DNA of 64,000 nt from a virus: positions 13,971 to 77,970 of IMG/VR virus record IMGVR_UViG_3300047319_000798; one strand, given 5' to 3'. How positions within the stretch are numbered: the stretch's first letter is position 1; each line of letters opens with the position of its first letter. Shown here piece by piece: positions 46,944 to 55,147 of this stretch. The translations under genes and the position numbers were made by a program. A model generated the notes under the pieces. The model was not told the origin of the DNA, made no database searches, and worked only from the letters and a program-made list of their open reading frames with translations.

Positions 46944-47476
46944 TCCAGTATAACCTCTGCGGCGTTGTCCCGATTGACAACGATCTTGCGCACCCCTAGT
47001 GCCTGTAACTTACCTACGTAATTACGGGCACGTACATTGGTGCCGTAAATGTTGGATATCGCTAGCTGGTCGCGGGTCTTGCCCGACCGGGCCAGTATCG
47101 CGCTGATACAAGTCTCTACTGGTGTATCGAGCAAAACTAATGTAACGTTCTGATAGCCTAGCGCGCGGAAAAAGTCAATTCCCCGCGTATGACTCATCAT
47201 ACGGATACCTTCAAACAACACGTTGTACCCGGCCTGGTGCGCGCAGCGCACTGTCTCCAGGTTGTAATCCCTATCCTTGATCGCGTCGCAACCTCTGGCG
47301 GTGATCGCGTGATACTTGCCCACGACCACGAGTGGACCGCCAAGGGTCATCTCGTAGCCGCGCACCTTCTTCGTGGCGTCATCCAGTATCGCCTCCACGT
47401 CCGGAGCGGCGGCCATCACCTTGTCGATGATGGTCGATTTACCGGACCCGTTGGTGCCGCACACCTGTATGATCAC
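46913..47476 (-). CDS. P-loop nucleotide kinase 2
   Basis: CGTNGSGKST; RGCD; VLFEG; paralog of 42495-43064. Confidence 0.8.
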   Translation of the reverse strand: MIIQVCGTNGSGKSTIIDKVMAAAPDVEAILDDATKKVRGYEMTLGGPLVVVGKYHAITARGCDAIKDRDYNLETVRCAHQAGYNVLFEGIRMMSHTRGIDFFRALGYQNVTLVLLDTPVETCISAILARSGKTRDQLAISNIYGTNVRARNYVGKLQALGVRKIVVNRDNAAEVILECLSKISPTP

Positions 47477-48810
47477 GCTGCCACCTCCTGACGCATATCC
47501 TTGAGATCGAAGGCCTTGCCGCTAGCTAACAGGTCTGAGCCACAGGGAGCCTTGCCTGTGGTCTCCGCGCACCGGAGGCAGCCGGAGGGTGGACAGACTT
47601 CTAGCGGGGCGAACCCGCCGCCCCTCTTAACGTATGTCGGCACACGATGGCCGTGGCATTGGTCTGCGGTTAGGAACTCCGGCCCCATTGAAGTCCACGC
47701 CCCGGTCTTGATGGTATATTCGTAGCACAGGGAGTAGGTCATACCGTGCCGCGTGGCAGCGGCCTGATATCGCGTGTGGCCTTCGCGCCGATATGTCTCG
47801 GTGACAGTCCGCTGGCTCCCGGCCTGGTTCTCAGTGAACAGGTCGATAAAGCCTTGAGCGCGGTTCGCGCCAAAAGCTTTGCTGATCCTTTCCTCCATAG
47901 AGGCGCGCCAAGGGTGATTGGCCTCGACAAACTTGACGATGACGTGGTTTGCTCCGTTGGCGGCTAACAGCCCAATTAGCTCCTCGATATCCTCATGGGT
48001 GGTGATCCCGGGCACAACCGGGTTACACTGGATGGAAACATAGATGTCGCGCATGCGCGCCTCGCGTATCTCGCTAAAGTGCTGCGCTAGCGTGATCGCC
48101 CCGGGCGATAACTTTGCCCAGTCATCCTCATGCGGCGTGTTGATCGATTTCTGCATGTAGGAATGGGGGTTCTGGCTCATAAGATCGTAGGCCCAGCCGG
48201 GATAGCTCAGGCGGGAAAGGAAGAAGATGGGGAGGCCCGCGTTAACGAAAGCCTCCGCGCCGCGCTGGGTATTATGGTAATAATCCTCCAGCGACAGGAA
48301 GGGGTCTGTAAAGCTGGAGAAATACCCGGCCTGGGCGTGCTTCATGGTGCCCAGTTGCTTAGCCACCATATCGCCATATCCAATCGGCACAGTGGCCAGT
48401 CCGGACCCACGATAGCCGCGATGGCCGGAATTGATGTAACAGAACCGACACCCAACAGCGCAATAGCCGCCATAAGGCTGAGTAAGGACAGCGTTCGTTT
48501 CACAGGGGCGCTCCCGCTTGCCCTTGATCGCGCCGTCTCCCTTATTGGAGTACCAGCCGCGAAGGTCTTGGCCCTTGTCGAGCCGAATGTGGGGGATTGG
48601 ATCCAGATAGATGGTTTGCTCCACCATCTTATCGGAGCCGCGCATCATCGATATCTTGCCGTCGCGCGCCCGAATAGAGCGGCCTGTGACCGGGTCATCA
48701 ATGTGGTTGATGGGACCCAGGATGTCACGCATATCGGGGTCCACGCGCATGAAGTAGCGATAAGCCTCTTCCGCCGCTTCGTCCTGAAACATGCCATCCT
48801 GGGTTTCCAT
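47473..48810 (-). CDS. Radical SAM enzyme (thymidine hypermodification, M6 gp53-like)
   Basis: CAVGCRFC (CX3CX2C), SSFTDPF, extra C-terminal Cys cluster; adjacent to kinase and AADT. Confidence 0.8.
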   Translation of the reverse strand: METQDGMFQDEAAEEAYRYFMRVDPDMRDILGPINHIDDPVTGRSIRARDGKISMMRGSDKMVEQTIYLDPIPHIRLDKGQDLRGWYSNKGDGAIKGKRERPCETNAVLTQPYGGYCAVGCRFCYINSGHRGYRGSGLATVPIGYGDMVAKQLGTMKHAQAGYFSSFTDPFLSLEDYYHNTQRGAEAFVNAGLPIFFLSRLSYPGWAYDLMSQNPHSYMQKSINTPHEDDWAKLSPGAITLAQHFSEIREARMRDIYVSIQCNPVVPGITTHEDIEELIGLLAANGANHVIVKFVEANHPWRASMEERISKAFGANRAQGFIDLFTENQAGSQRTVTETYRREGHTRYQAAATRHGMTYSLCYEYTIKTGAWTSMGPEFLTADQCHGHRVPTYVKRGGGFAPLEVCPPSGCLRCAETTGKAPCGSDLLASGKAFDLKDMRQEVAA

Positions 48811-48824
48811 GTGCGTTCCTCTGG

Positions 48825-49112
48825 TTACGGCTTCACGAGGGTGTCGATCATGTCTTGCGGGAACCCCTCGTTCTTGTAATATTCGCGAACCTCATCCTTT
48901 GTCCAAAGGTCATTGACCCATGGCAGGTTCATGTCCTGCATCATGTTATTGAACGCGCGAGCGTAAGGCAAGCCGACAGTGTTGCCCAGCCCGCGCCACA
49001 TGGTATCGCTAGCGCGCCAGCCCACCCGGGCCTTCTCTTCCGGGGTCTTGGCGTTCGCCGCCACGCAGAGGATATCGAACAACGCTTCCGGTGTCACGTA
49101 ATTATCAGCCAT
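48825..49112 (-). CDS. Hypothetical protein, first gene of modification operon
   Basis: 95 aa; AAGGG RBS; downstream of promoter copy 7. Confidence 0.55.
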   Translation of the reverse strand: MADNYVTPEALFDILCVAANAKTPEEKARVGWRASDTMWRGLGNTVGLPYARAFNNMMQDMNLPWVNDLWTKDEVREYYKNEGFPQDMIDTLVKP

Positions 49113-49135
49113 TGTGTAACTATTCCCTTACTACT

Positions 49136-49192
49136 GGTGAACCAATTATCACCTAAGATCGTCAGCATATCTGCGGGTTTCATTTAAGTCAA
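49136..49192 (-). promoter_or_regulatory. Sigma70-like promoter + variant AAUUGG hairpin (copy 7) driving modification operon
   Basis: TTGACT(49192-49187)-N17-TATGCT; GGTGA-TAATTGGT-TCACC at 49136-49153. Confidence 0.7.
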
Positions 49193-49214
49193 GCGATATT
49201 TTTATGTAACCCCC

Positions 49215-49243
49215 TTGACCTTGCTGGATGCGCCCGCTATGTT
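49215..49243 (+). promoter_or_regulatory. Divergent sigma70-like promoter
   Basis: TTGACC-N17-TATGTT upstream of 49270. Confidence 0.65.
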
Positions 49244-49269
49244 ATATTCCTTGACAAAGGAGCAATACT

Positions 49270-49947
49270 ATGACTGTACCAATCATAACTGTGAATGGAG
49301 AAGTTCCAGACCGCCATGCTGCGCGTATTGTAGTGCAGATGACGCGATGGCTCGACAATGAATCGGCTAAGATGGGTGAGCGGGTCCAGGCGCACCGCCG
49401 TATGTTTGAGTGTGGGTCACCCGTGGCCCAGGGGCGGTTCGCGCGGCGGATGAAGGATTCCTTTGGGCACATGGTGCTCGACCAGTGGCTAAAGACGGGG
49501 AAGCGCGGGCGGTATCGTCTGGACACCCACATCTGGATACCCGCCCCGATATCGCTAGGGCGACATTGTGTTGGCGGTATCCTGCTCACTATCGAAAGCG
49601 AGGGTGGTTGTCGGCGGGAGCTAGTCGATGGAACCTGGCACCGCCGCCAGAACCGGGACCACCGTGAGACCCCGACGTTCATGGTCTCAGCCCACGCCCT
49701 GCAGCGCATCGCCCAGCGCACCGGGGTTAAGACCCCAATGGACTTGCTGCGCATCATGCGGGCTATGGGTAAGGCTGTACTGGACGCCGAGCTCATGCTG
49801 GTGGGCGGCAAGATGTCGGACCTTCGTGATAGCCGCGACCGGCTGCTAGCCGGGACGTGGAAGCTGGCCTTCGATGGCGGTGTCGCCGTCTGCAAGCGGG
49901 ACTTTGACGAGGATGTGCCGATAGTGGTTACAGTGTTGCCCCTGTAG
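49270..49947 (+). CDS. Hypothetical protein, lone + strand gene
   Basis: AAGGAG RBS and own promoter; SAHALQRIAQR motif. Confidence 0.65.
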   Translation: MTVPIITVNGEVPDRHAARIVVQMTRWLDNESAKMGERVQAHRRMFECGSPVAQGRFARRMKDSFGHMVLDQWLKTGKRGRYRLDTHIWIPAPISLGRHCVGGILLTIESEGGCRRELVDGTWHRRQNRDHRETPTFMVSAHALQRIAQRTGVKTPMDLLRIMRAMGKAVLDAELMLVGGKMSDLRDSRDRLLAGTWKLAFDGGVAVCKRDFDEDVPIVVTVLPL

Positions 49948-49990
49948 GGCTATCCAGGTGGGGCGCATCGCGGCAGTCCTCGCCCACTAG

Positions 49991-50018
49991 AAAAGGCCCG
50001 GGTGTGACCCCGGGCCTT
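49991..50018 (-). terminator. Rho-independent terminator
   Basis: AAGGCCCGGG-GTCACA-CCCGGGCCTTTT on the minus strand. Confidence 0.7.
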
Positions 50019-50400
50019 GGTATCAGAGTAAGCCTGTCCAGACGTAGTAGACCAGGCCCCAGCCGATGGCGGATAGCGCCGTCGCGACCAGCATCATGGC
50101 AATAGCCTCCCGCTTGGGCGCGGGCGGGTGGATTTCATCGTCGCTGAATAGCATCACGGCGTGTAGGAATGAGTGGTGCGGATAGAGCGGTCGCGCCGCG
50201 ACAACGTCTGGGTGTTGTCGGCCCGGGTGCCCGGTACGCCCAGATCAAGCAGCGCGCCCTTGAGCTCGGTCCTCACCCAACGGCCCTTGATGTTCTCGAA
50301 GGCCTGTTGAACCTTGTCGTGGGTGATGAGCATGTAGTGCTTGGTCTGGGAGCGGCGCTCTTCAACAATCATAGAGAGTGTACGCATGGTGGTTCTCCAA

Positions 50401-50463
50401 TGGTGGCCCGGGATGGGCCCACCCCACAACCGGCCCCGTTGGGACCGGCTGGAGGGCGGGTCA
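50401..50463 (-). repeat. Structured intergenic repeat, copy A
   Basis: TGACCCGCCCTCCAGCCGGTCCCAACGGGGCCGGTTGTGGGGTGGG...GGCCACCA; homologous to 51986-52045. Confidence 0.75.
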
Positions 50464-51468
50464 GCCGATGCTGTGTTTGGCCTTCTGGTTGACCTGAACG
50501 TCCAGGCCAATCTCGTCGCCCATCCGGCGACCGCGATGGTATGCGTGGCCGTCGAACTTCTCGGCCTCACGCTGGCGGGCGCGCTCCTGGCGCTCCCAAT
50601 ACCGCCTCCACTTAGCCTCATCCTTGCGCTTCTGCGCTTCGGTCTGGGGCTTGTGCTTCTTCTCCGCGTCCTCCTCCGACAGGCCATAAGCCATGTCCCA
50701 GGCCACGTCGTATGACTTGCCCTTGGCCATCAGGTCTTTGATCTTCTGGTCGCGCGCGGCGCTGCGGGCGTTAGCCTCCGCCCGCTGGCGCTTGGTGGTG
50801 CCGGGTTCGTAGTTGCAGCGGAAGTCGTTGTTGGCGTCCAGCTCGTCCTGGATGAAGTCGGAGAGGATGACCGCCAGTGCATTTGAAGTGCCCTGGCTGG
50901 CATGCCGCGCCTTTTCCGCCTCCGCCCGGGCCTTGGAGGCTTTGATCTCCTCGTCGCGCCGCGCCTGAAGCCGCTCGCAGAGGCGGTCGGCCATACCAGT
51001 GCGCATCGAGTTGGCTTCCTTGGACTGAAGCAAACGCGGGTTGACCAGTTCAACGCGCACCAGCCGGTCGATAGCGCCGGTGAGGTATTCGTACATCATG
51101 GTGGCCGTGGCTACGTTGGCCTTGCGCCCGATGAGCGAATAGCCGGTGAACACCGTCTTGTCGCCTTTCCAAGCGGAACGCTTTGAGAGATGGCAAAAAT
51201 GGAGGGACGCGATACCGGTCATGAGCGTCTGCATCCACTTGTACTGGGCGCGCTCTTCATGGATGGCCTTTTCGCGGGTGTTGTCGGTCGTGCCGCCCGC
51301 TGCCTCGATGGTGGCCATCGACAGGTTGTAGTCCTCGATTAGCTTCTGCGCCAATTCAGCGGCATTGGCCATCTCGGCCTCGTTGCCGCGACCGTCGTTG
51401 GCGAAAGCCATAAGCTTCTTGACTTTGGAAATGACGGCCTCAAGGCCGTTGTTGGTCTGGGTGGTCAT
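50461..51468 (-). CDS. DUF2786-domain protein
   Basis: KVKKLMAFA..NEAEMANAAELAQKLIEDYNL N-terminal motif. Confidence 0.75.
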   Translation of the reverse strand: MTTQTNNGLEAVISKVKKLMAFANDGRGNEAEMANAAELAQKLIEDYNLSMATIEAAGGTTDNTREKAIHEERAQYKWMQTLMTGIASLHFCHLSKRSAWKGDKTVFTGYSLIGRKANVATATMMYEYLTGAIDRLVRVELVNPRLLQSKEANSMRTGMADRLCERLQARRDEEIKASKARAEAEKARHASQGTSNALAVILSDFIQDELDANNDFRCNYEPGTTKRQRAEANARSAARDQKIKDLMAKGKSYDVAWDMAYGLSEEDAEKKHKPQTEAQKRKDEAKWRRYWERQERARQREAEKFDGHAYHRGRRMGDEIGLDVQVNQKAKHSIG

Positions 51469-51495
51469 AGTGAGAGGGTTCCTAGATGTGTCTGG

Positions 51496-51550
51496 GGCTG
51501 CCCGATTGCAGCCTCAAGAGATACATAAGCTACAGTGTATCAGAAGTCAA
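51496..51550 (-). promoter_or_regulatory. Sigma70-like promoter + AAUCGG leader hairpin (copy 4)
   Basis: TTGACT(51550-51545)-N17-TATGTA; GGCTGC-AATCGG-GCAGCC. Confidence 0.8.
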
Positions 51551-51565
51551 GTGGGTTGATACAAT

Positions 51566-51967
51566 TTATTTTGACTCCGGGAAGACCGCCAGAGCGGCCT
51601 CAACGGCGGCCAGCTGCTCAGGGGTGAGCTCCCAGGAGGATTGCCGGCGCGATAGCCGGTCCCTAAGATCGCTGAACTTGTTGGCGGCGTCCTTGCGCGC
51701 CCGGGCCTCGTCGCGCTGCTTGATCACCAGCGCATCGTCGGCCATGTAGAGGGTGGGGGCGTTGTAATCCTTCTGGCTGGCGTACCACTGGCCGTCGCGG
51801 CAGCCCGCGCTCCAGCCCTTCTGGTCATAGTCACCATCGAGAAAGAACTTGCCGTTCTTCCAGACGGTCTTGATGGTGGCGGTGGTGTAGCTGGCCTCGC
51901 CGCCAAAGCGGCCATGGCGGACCTTGATAACCTTTGCGCCTACGACAAAGGGGCTAGTGGTGGACAT
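51566..51967 (-). CDS. Early hypothetical protein
   Basis: 133 aa; AAGGA RBS. Confidence 0.6.
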   Translation of the reverse strand: MSTTSPFVVGAKVIKVRHGRFGGEASYTTATIKTVWKNGKFFLDGDYDQKGWSAGCRDGQWYASQKDYNAPTLYMADDALVIKQRDEARARKDAANKFSDLRDRLSRRQSSWELTPEQLAAVEAALAVFPESK

Positions 51968-51985
51968 TTACGTGGTTCCTTGAAT

Positions 51986-52045
51986 TGGTGGCCGGAATGG
52001 CGCACCTCACAGCCGGACCCGGGGGACCGGCTGGAAGGCGGGTCA
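51986..52045 (-). repeat. Structured intergenic repeat, copy B
   Basis: TGACCCGCCTTCCAGCCGGTCCCCCGGGTCCGGCTGTGAGGTGCG...GGCCACCA. Confidence 0.75.
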
Positions 52046-52243
52046 ATTGACGATGATGTATCCAAGGTGGGGGATAACGAACGGCTGGTCAATGCCGGAA
52101 AGGGCGTAACCAAAGATGGCGGTCCAGCGGCCCGCGTCGTTGCGCACGATAATCGGGCGATGGTTGACCAGGCCCTTTTTCGTGAGGTCTTTGATCAGGT
52201 TCTCGCGGGTGGCGTAAGATTTGGCGGTGTTGACGTCGACCAT
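52043..52243 (-). CDS. Early hypothetical protein
   Basis: 66 aa; AAGGA RBS. Confidence 0.6.
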   Translation of the reverse strand: MVDVNTAKSYATRENLIKDLTKKGLVNHRPIIVRNDAGRWTAIFGYALSGIDQPFVIPHLGYIIVN

Positions 52244-52256
52244 GTTGGCGGTTCCT

Positions 52257-52538
52257 TTAGAGGGTGATGAGGGTGTTGTAGGGTGAAAGCGCGCGGCCCC
52301 GCTCGTTGACCGTGGTATAAGACCGGGCGACGCGTCCGTTGAACTGGTAAACCTGCTTGACTGTGAATCCCGCCTCTTTGACGCTGCGGAGAAAGTCGCG
52401 GGGCAACCGCCAGCCCTTTTCGCGGAGGCGGTAGGCTAGATCGGTCTCGGTCATGGCCTGGAACTTTTCGCCGGTATCGATGTTGATAAACATCTCGTTG
52501 CGGCCAAAGCAGTCCAGGATGGCGTCTGCGAAAGTCAT
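52257..52538 (-). CDS. Early hypothetical protein
   Basis: 93 aa, first gene after promoter copy 5. Confidence 0.6.
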   Translation of the reverse strand: MTFADAILDCFGRNEMFINIDTGEKFQAMTETDLAYRLREKGWRLPRDFLRSVKEAGFTVKQVYQFNGRVARSYTTVNERGRALSPYNTLITL

Positions 52539-52550
52539 TAGAGTGTATCC

Positions 52551-52637
52551 GGGTGTCCAGCGGCCCGATTGCCGTTGGACACCCCCTACATAAGGCCCAT
52601 TGATACAGAAGTCAAGTGGGTTTCAATAATTATTTTT
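52551..52637 (-). promoter_or_regulatory. Sigma70-like promoter + AAUCGG leader hairpin (copy 5)
   Basis: UP-like AAAAATAATTATTGAAA; TTGACT(52615-52610)-N17-TATGTA; GGGTGTCCAACGGC-AATCGG-GCCGCTGGACACCC. Confidence 0.8.
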
Positions 52638-52822
52638 TCAGCCACTGAATCGTGGGCAGAGTGACCGCTAGGCGGCGCTGGCGGTCTGTCTCGCCGGATA
52701 ACTCGCCGCGCATCACCCGGGCGTTATCCTCCTGGCGCTTGGTCACTAGCCGGGGCGGTGGATCGATGAGATTGCAGTTCCCCATTGAATCCCCGCCATG
52801 CCGGGGGTGGCGAACGTGAGCT

Positions 52823-53059
52823 TTACGTGGCGGTAGATAGCGCATCGACTAGCACCCAGCCTTTCTTAGTCTGAATGATTTTGCGCCGCGCCTCCAGCCG
52901 CCTAAGCGCGCCTTTTGGGGTTATGGAGGCGTAGCAGCCGGTGCCGATCAAATGGTCTTTTATTTCGGCAGTGGATACCGGGCGGCGGTGCTCAAGCATA
53001 TACTTAAGCACCCGTTCCGTGGAGGACATAGTGTCCAGAGGCAGGGTCATTGGTTTCAT
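52823..53059 (-). CDS. Small winged-helix-like protein
   Basis: VLKYMLEHRRPVSTAEIKDHL..ALRRLEARRKII..GWVL pattern. Confidence 0.45.
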   Translation of the reverse strand: MKPMTLPLDTMSSTERVLKYMLEHRRPVSTAEIKDHLIGTGCYASITPKGALRRLEARRKIIQTKKGWVLVDALSTAT

Positions 53060-53062
53060 CCT

Positions 53063-53088
53063 AAAGAAAAGGGGGCACTAGGCCCCCC
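53063..53088 (-). terminator. Rho-independent terminator
   Basis: GGGGGC-CTAGT-GCCCCC-TTTTCTTT on the minus strand. Confidence 0.65.
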
Positions 53089-53091
53089 GGA

Positions 53092-53352
53092 TTATTTGAC
53101 GATGGCGAGGGTGACTGGCTTAATGAATCGCTCCGTTTCCCAGCAATCCGGGTAAGCCTCTTCGAGCAATTGAATCGCTTCGGTTATAAACCGGTTGCGA
53201 TAGGGGTGGCCCTCTATCCTTAGATATTGAGCCAGTTGGTCATAATTCATTTTGCCGTTGGTAAGTTCCAGCACCCAGACGGCGCTAGATAGATGCTCCA
53301 GAAGAGCCTCATCGCTCATCTCGTCGCCGTGGTTATTTTCCTTGATTAGCAT
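53092..53352 (-). CDS. Early hypothetical protein
   Basis: 86 aa, first gene after promoter copy 6. Confidence 0.55.
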   Translation of the reverse strand: MLIKENNHGDEMSDEALLEHLSSAVWVLELTNGKMNYDQLAQYLRIEGHPYRNRFITEAIQLLEEAYPDCWETERFIKPVTLAIVK

Positions 53353-53373
53353 TGGGGTTTAAGGTCTCCTTGC

Positions 53374-53435
53374 CCAACCGGCCCGATTGCCGTTGGTCAA
53401 CCTCTTATCTTAAGGGCACGTGAATCTAAAGTCAA
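53374..53435 (-). promoter_or_regulatory. Sigma70-like promoter + AAUCGG leader hairpin (copy 6)
   Basis: TTGACT(53435-53430)-N17-TAAGAT; CCAACGGC-AATCGG-GCCGGTTGG. Confidence 0.8.
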
Positions 53436-53530
53436 CCAGTTTCAAATAAATATTTTCGCCGGTTGGGAAATTTCGCTTGACCTGAATTGGCGCCCGGGCG
53501 TCTAATCGGGGATTCAAAAAAGGAGCATGA

Positions 53531-54136
53531 GTGGTGGCAGAAGGTGACGCCTATTTAGCTGCGGCAATGGCAGCTAAGGCAGAGGAAAATGAAACTGGCG
53601 GGGAAGACCGCCTCGTGCGTCTGCGTAAGGGTATCGCGTTGATGCGCGCCAAAGTGGCGCAGATGGCCGCCTTAAACGAGGCGCGCGACCGCATCGATAA
53701 GGAAATCAAGGAGCTCAAAACCAAGACACTGGTTGACGGCATGATTGAGTGCCGCATGACCTATCTTGAACTGGCGGCGGAGGATGACTACCCGGCGGTG
53801 AGCGCATCACTGGAGGACTTCTTTTCCGCCAAGATACCGGAAGGCGGGGAAGTGCCCGCGTTTCAGTACCTGGAGGGTGCCGGGTTTGAGGATTCAATCA
53901 AGAACGCTATAATGGTTGCGAACCCATCGGGTGAAGTTCGTGCTGCTATCGTTTCGCTCTGTGACGATACCAACACGGATTACATCGAGAAGCGCACGGT
54001 TCACCCGCAAACCCTGCTCAAGATCGTGCGTGAATTGCATAAAGCCAGAAAGCTAGTCGATACCGAGCAAGTCAAACCAACCTTATTGCTAGGGGCCTAT
54101 GTCGGCCAGGTTGTTAAGCTAACCGCCAAGGAGTGA
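53531..54136 (+). CDS. Conserved replication-module protein
   Basis: Coiled coil plus VHPQTL..VRE motif; AAGGAG RBS; typically found upstream of this SSB-like family. Confidence 0.6.
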   Translation: MVAEGDAYLAAAMAAKAEENETGGEDRLVRLRKGIALMRAKVAQMAALNEARDRIDKEIKELKTKTLVDGMIECRMTYLELAAEDDYPAVSASLEDFFSAKIPEGGEVPAFQYLEGAGFEDSIKNAIMVANPSGEVRAAIVSLCDDTNTDYIEKRTVHPQTLLKIVRELHKARKLVDTEQVKPTLLLGAYVGQVVKLTAKE

Positions 54137-54139
54137 AAC

Positions 54140-55018
54140 GTGGCTAAGGCACCAAATGGTAACGGGAAGAAACTATCTATCGTGGAGACGGGGGACGTGG
54201 TTGACCCCTATAAGGCCGCACTGGAAGCGGCCCGGGGCGCGACGGTATCGCGCCGCTTGGAAGACAATGTTCTTCCGCTAATCCGTTTGTTACAGACTAA
54301 TTCGCCTGAAGTCAACCGGCGCAACGCGGGCTATGTCGAGGGCGCCAACCCGGGCGATTGGTATTTCCGGGACGCGCCCAAGGAAATTGTACGTGGGGAG
54401 GAGGGCTTCGAGATGCAGCCCTTATATATCGACCACGTATATGTCCAATGGAAGCCGGAGAGGGGCGGGTTCAGCGGCAACGTCTATCCGTTTAACGATA
54501 TCCCGCCAGAGGCTGCGGACCGTATCGACATCGACCCGGAAACTGGAACGCAGCGTAAGGTGAAGGGGATGCCCAACGGGGATTACCTGGAGGACACCAT
54601 TTACATTTACGGTATCGTGGACAAGCGGCTCTGGGTTGTCCCGTGTCGTTCGACCGGGCTAACGATAGCGCGGCGCTTTAATCAGGCGCTATCGTTTCTC
54701 CTGATCGAAGGCAAGGAGCTTGTGATCTTCGGATCCACTTGGCGGTTCACGACACGTATGGCGCAAAATAAAAAGGGCGAGTGGTTCATTCCGCACTTCG
54801 CCAAGACCAGCCAGTTCGCCCTGCCTGGCGCTGAGCTAAACGTGCCGATTATGAGTTTGGACACGTTTAACCTGGGGCTTGCGGAGCGTCGTGCGCTGAT
54901 GGCGGACCTTAAGACCGGCGCGCGTATGATCGAGATACCGGCGCAGGATGAGACCGCCACCAATGCTGTTTCAGGCGCGGTGTCTGATGGTGGTGACGGC
55001 GAAGAAATCCCGTTTTGA
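54140..55018 (+). CDS. Putative single-stranded DNA-binding protein
   Basis: LLQTNSPEV..GANPGD..NKKGEWF; acidic C-terminal tail DGEEIPF. Confidence 0.6.
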   Translation: MAKAPNGNGKKLSIVETGDVVDPYKAALEAARGATVSRRLEDNVLPLIRLLQTNSPEVNRRNAGYVEGANPGDWYFRDAPKEIVRGEEGFEMQPLYIDHVYVQWKPERGGFSGNVYPFNDIPPEAADRIDIDPETGTQRKVKGMPNGDYLEDTIYIYGIVDKRLWVVPCRSTGLTIARRFNQALSFLLIEGKELVIFGSTWRFTTRMAQNKKGEWFIPHFAKTSQFALPGAELNVPIMSLDTFNLGLAERRALMADLKTGARMIEIPAQDETATNAVSGAVSDGGDGEEIPF

Positions 55019-55084
55019 GTTTCCCTTCCGCGTAAAATCGCGTTAGCGTTTCACTAACCGGCTGCCACACCGGAAGGTGGAATG

Positions 55085-55123
55085 GGGGCCAGTAGCACTT
55101 ACAATTAAGGTGCTGCTGGTCCC
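55085..55123 (+). other. Long intergenic hairpin upstream of primase
   Basis: GGGGCCAGTAGCACTT-ACAATT-AAGGTGCTGCTGGTCCC. Confidence 0.6.
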
Positions 55124-55147
55124 CTATTAACTCAATGGGGCTATTCG

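Noticed and set aside
35299-53435. CRISPR array or mini-array interpretation of the GCCCRATTGC repeats
   Set aside because: Copies are dispersed over 18 kb, not regularly spaced, and each is tied to a promoter.
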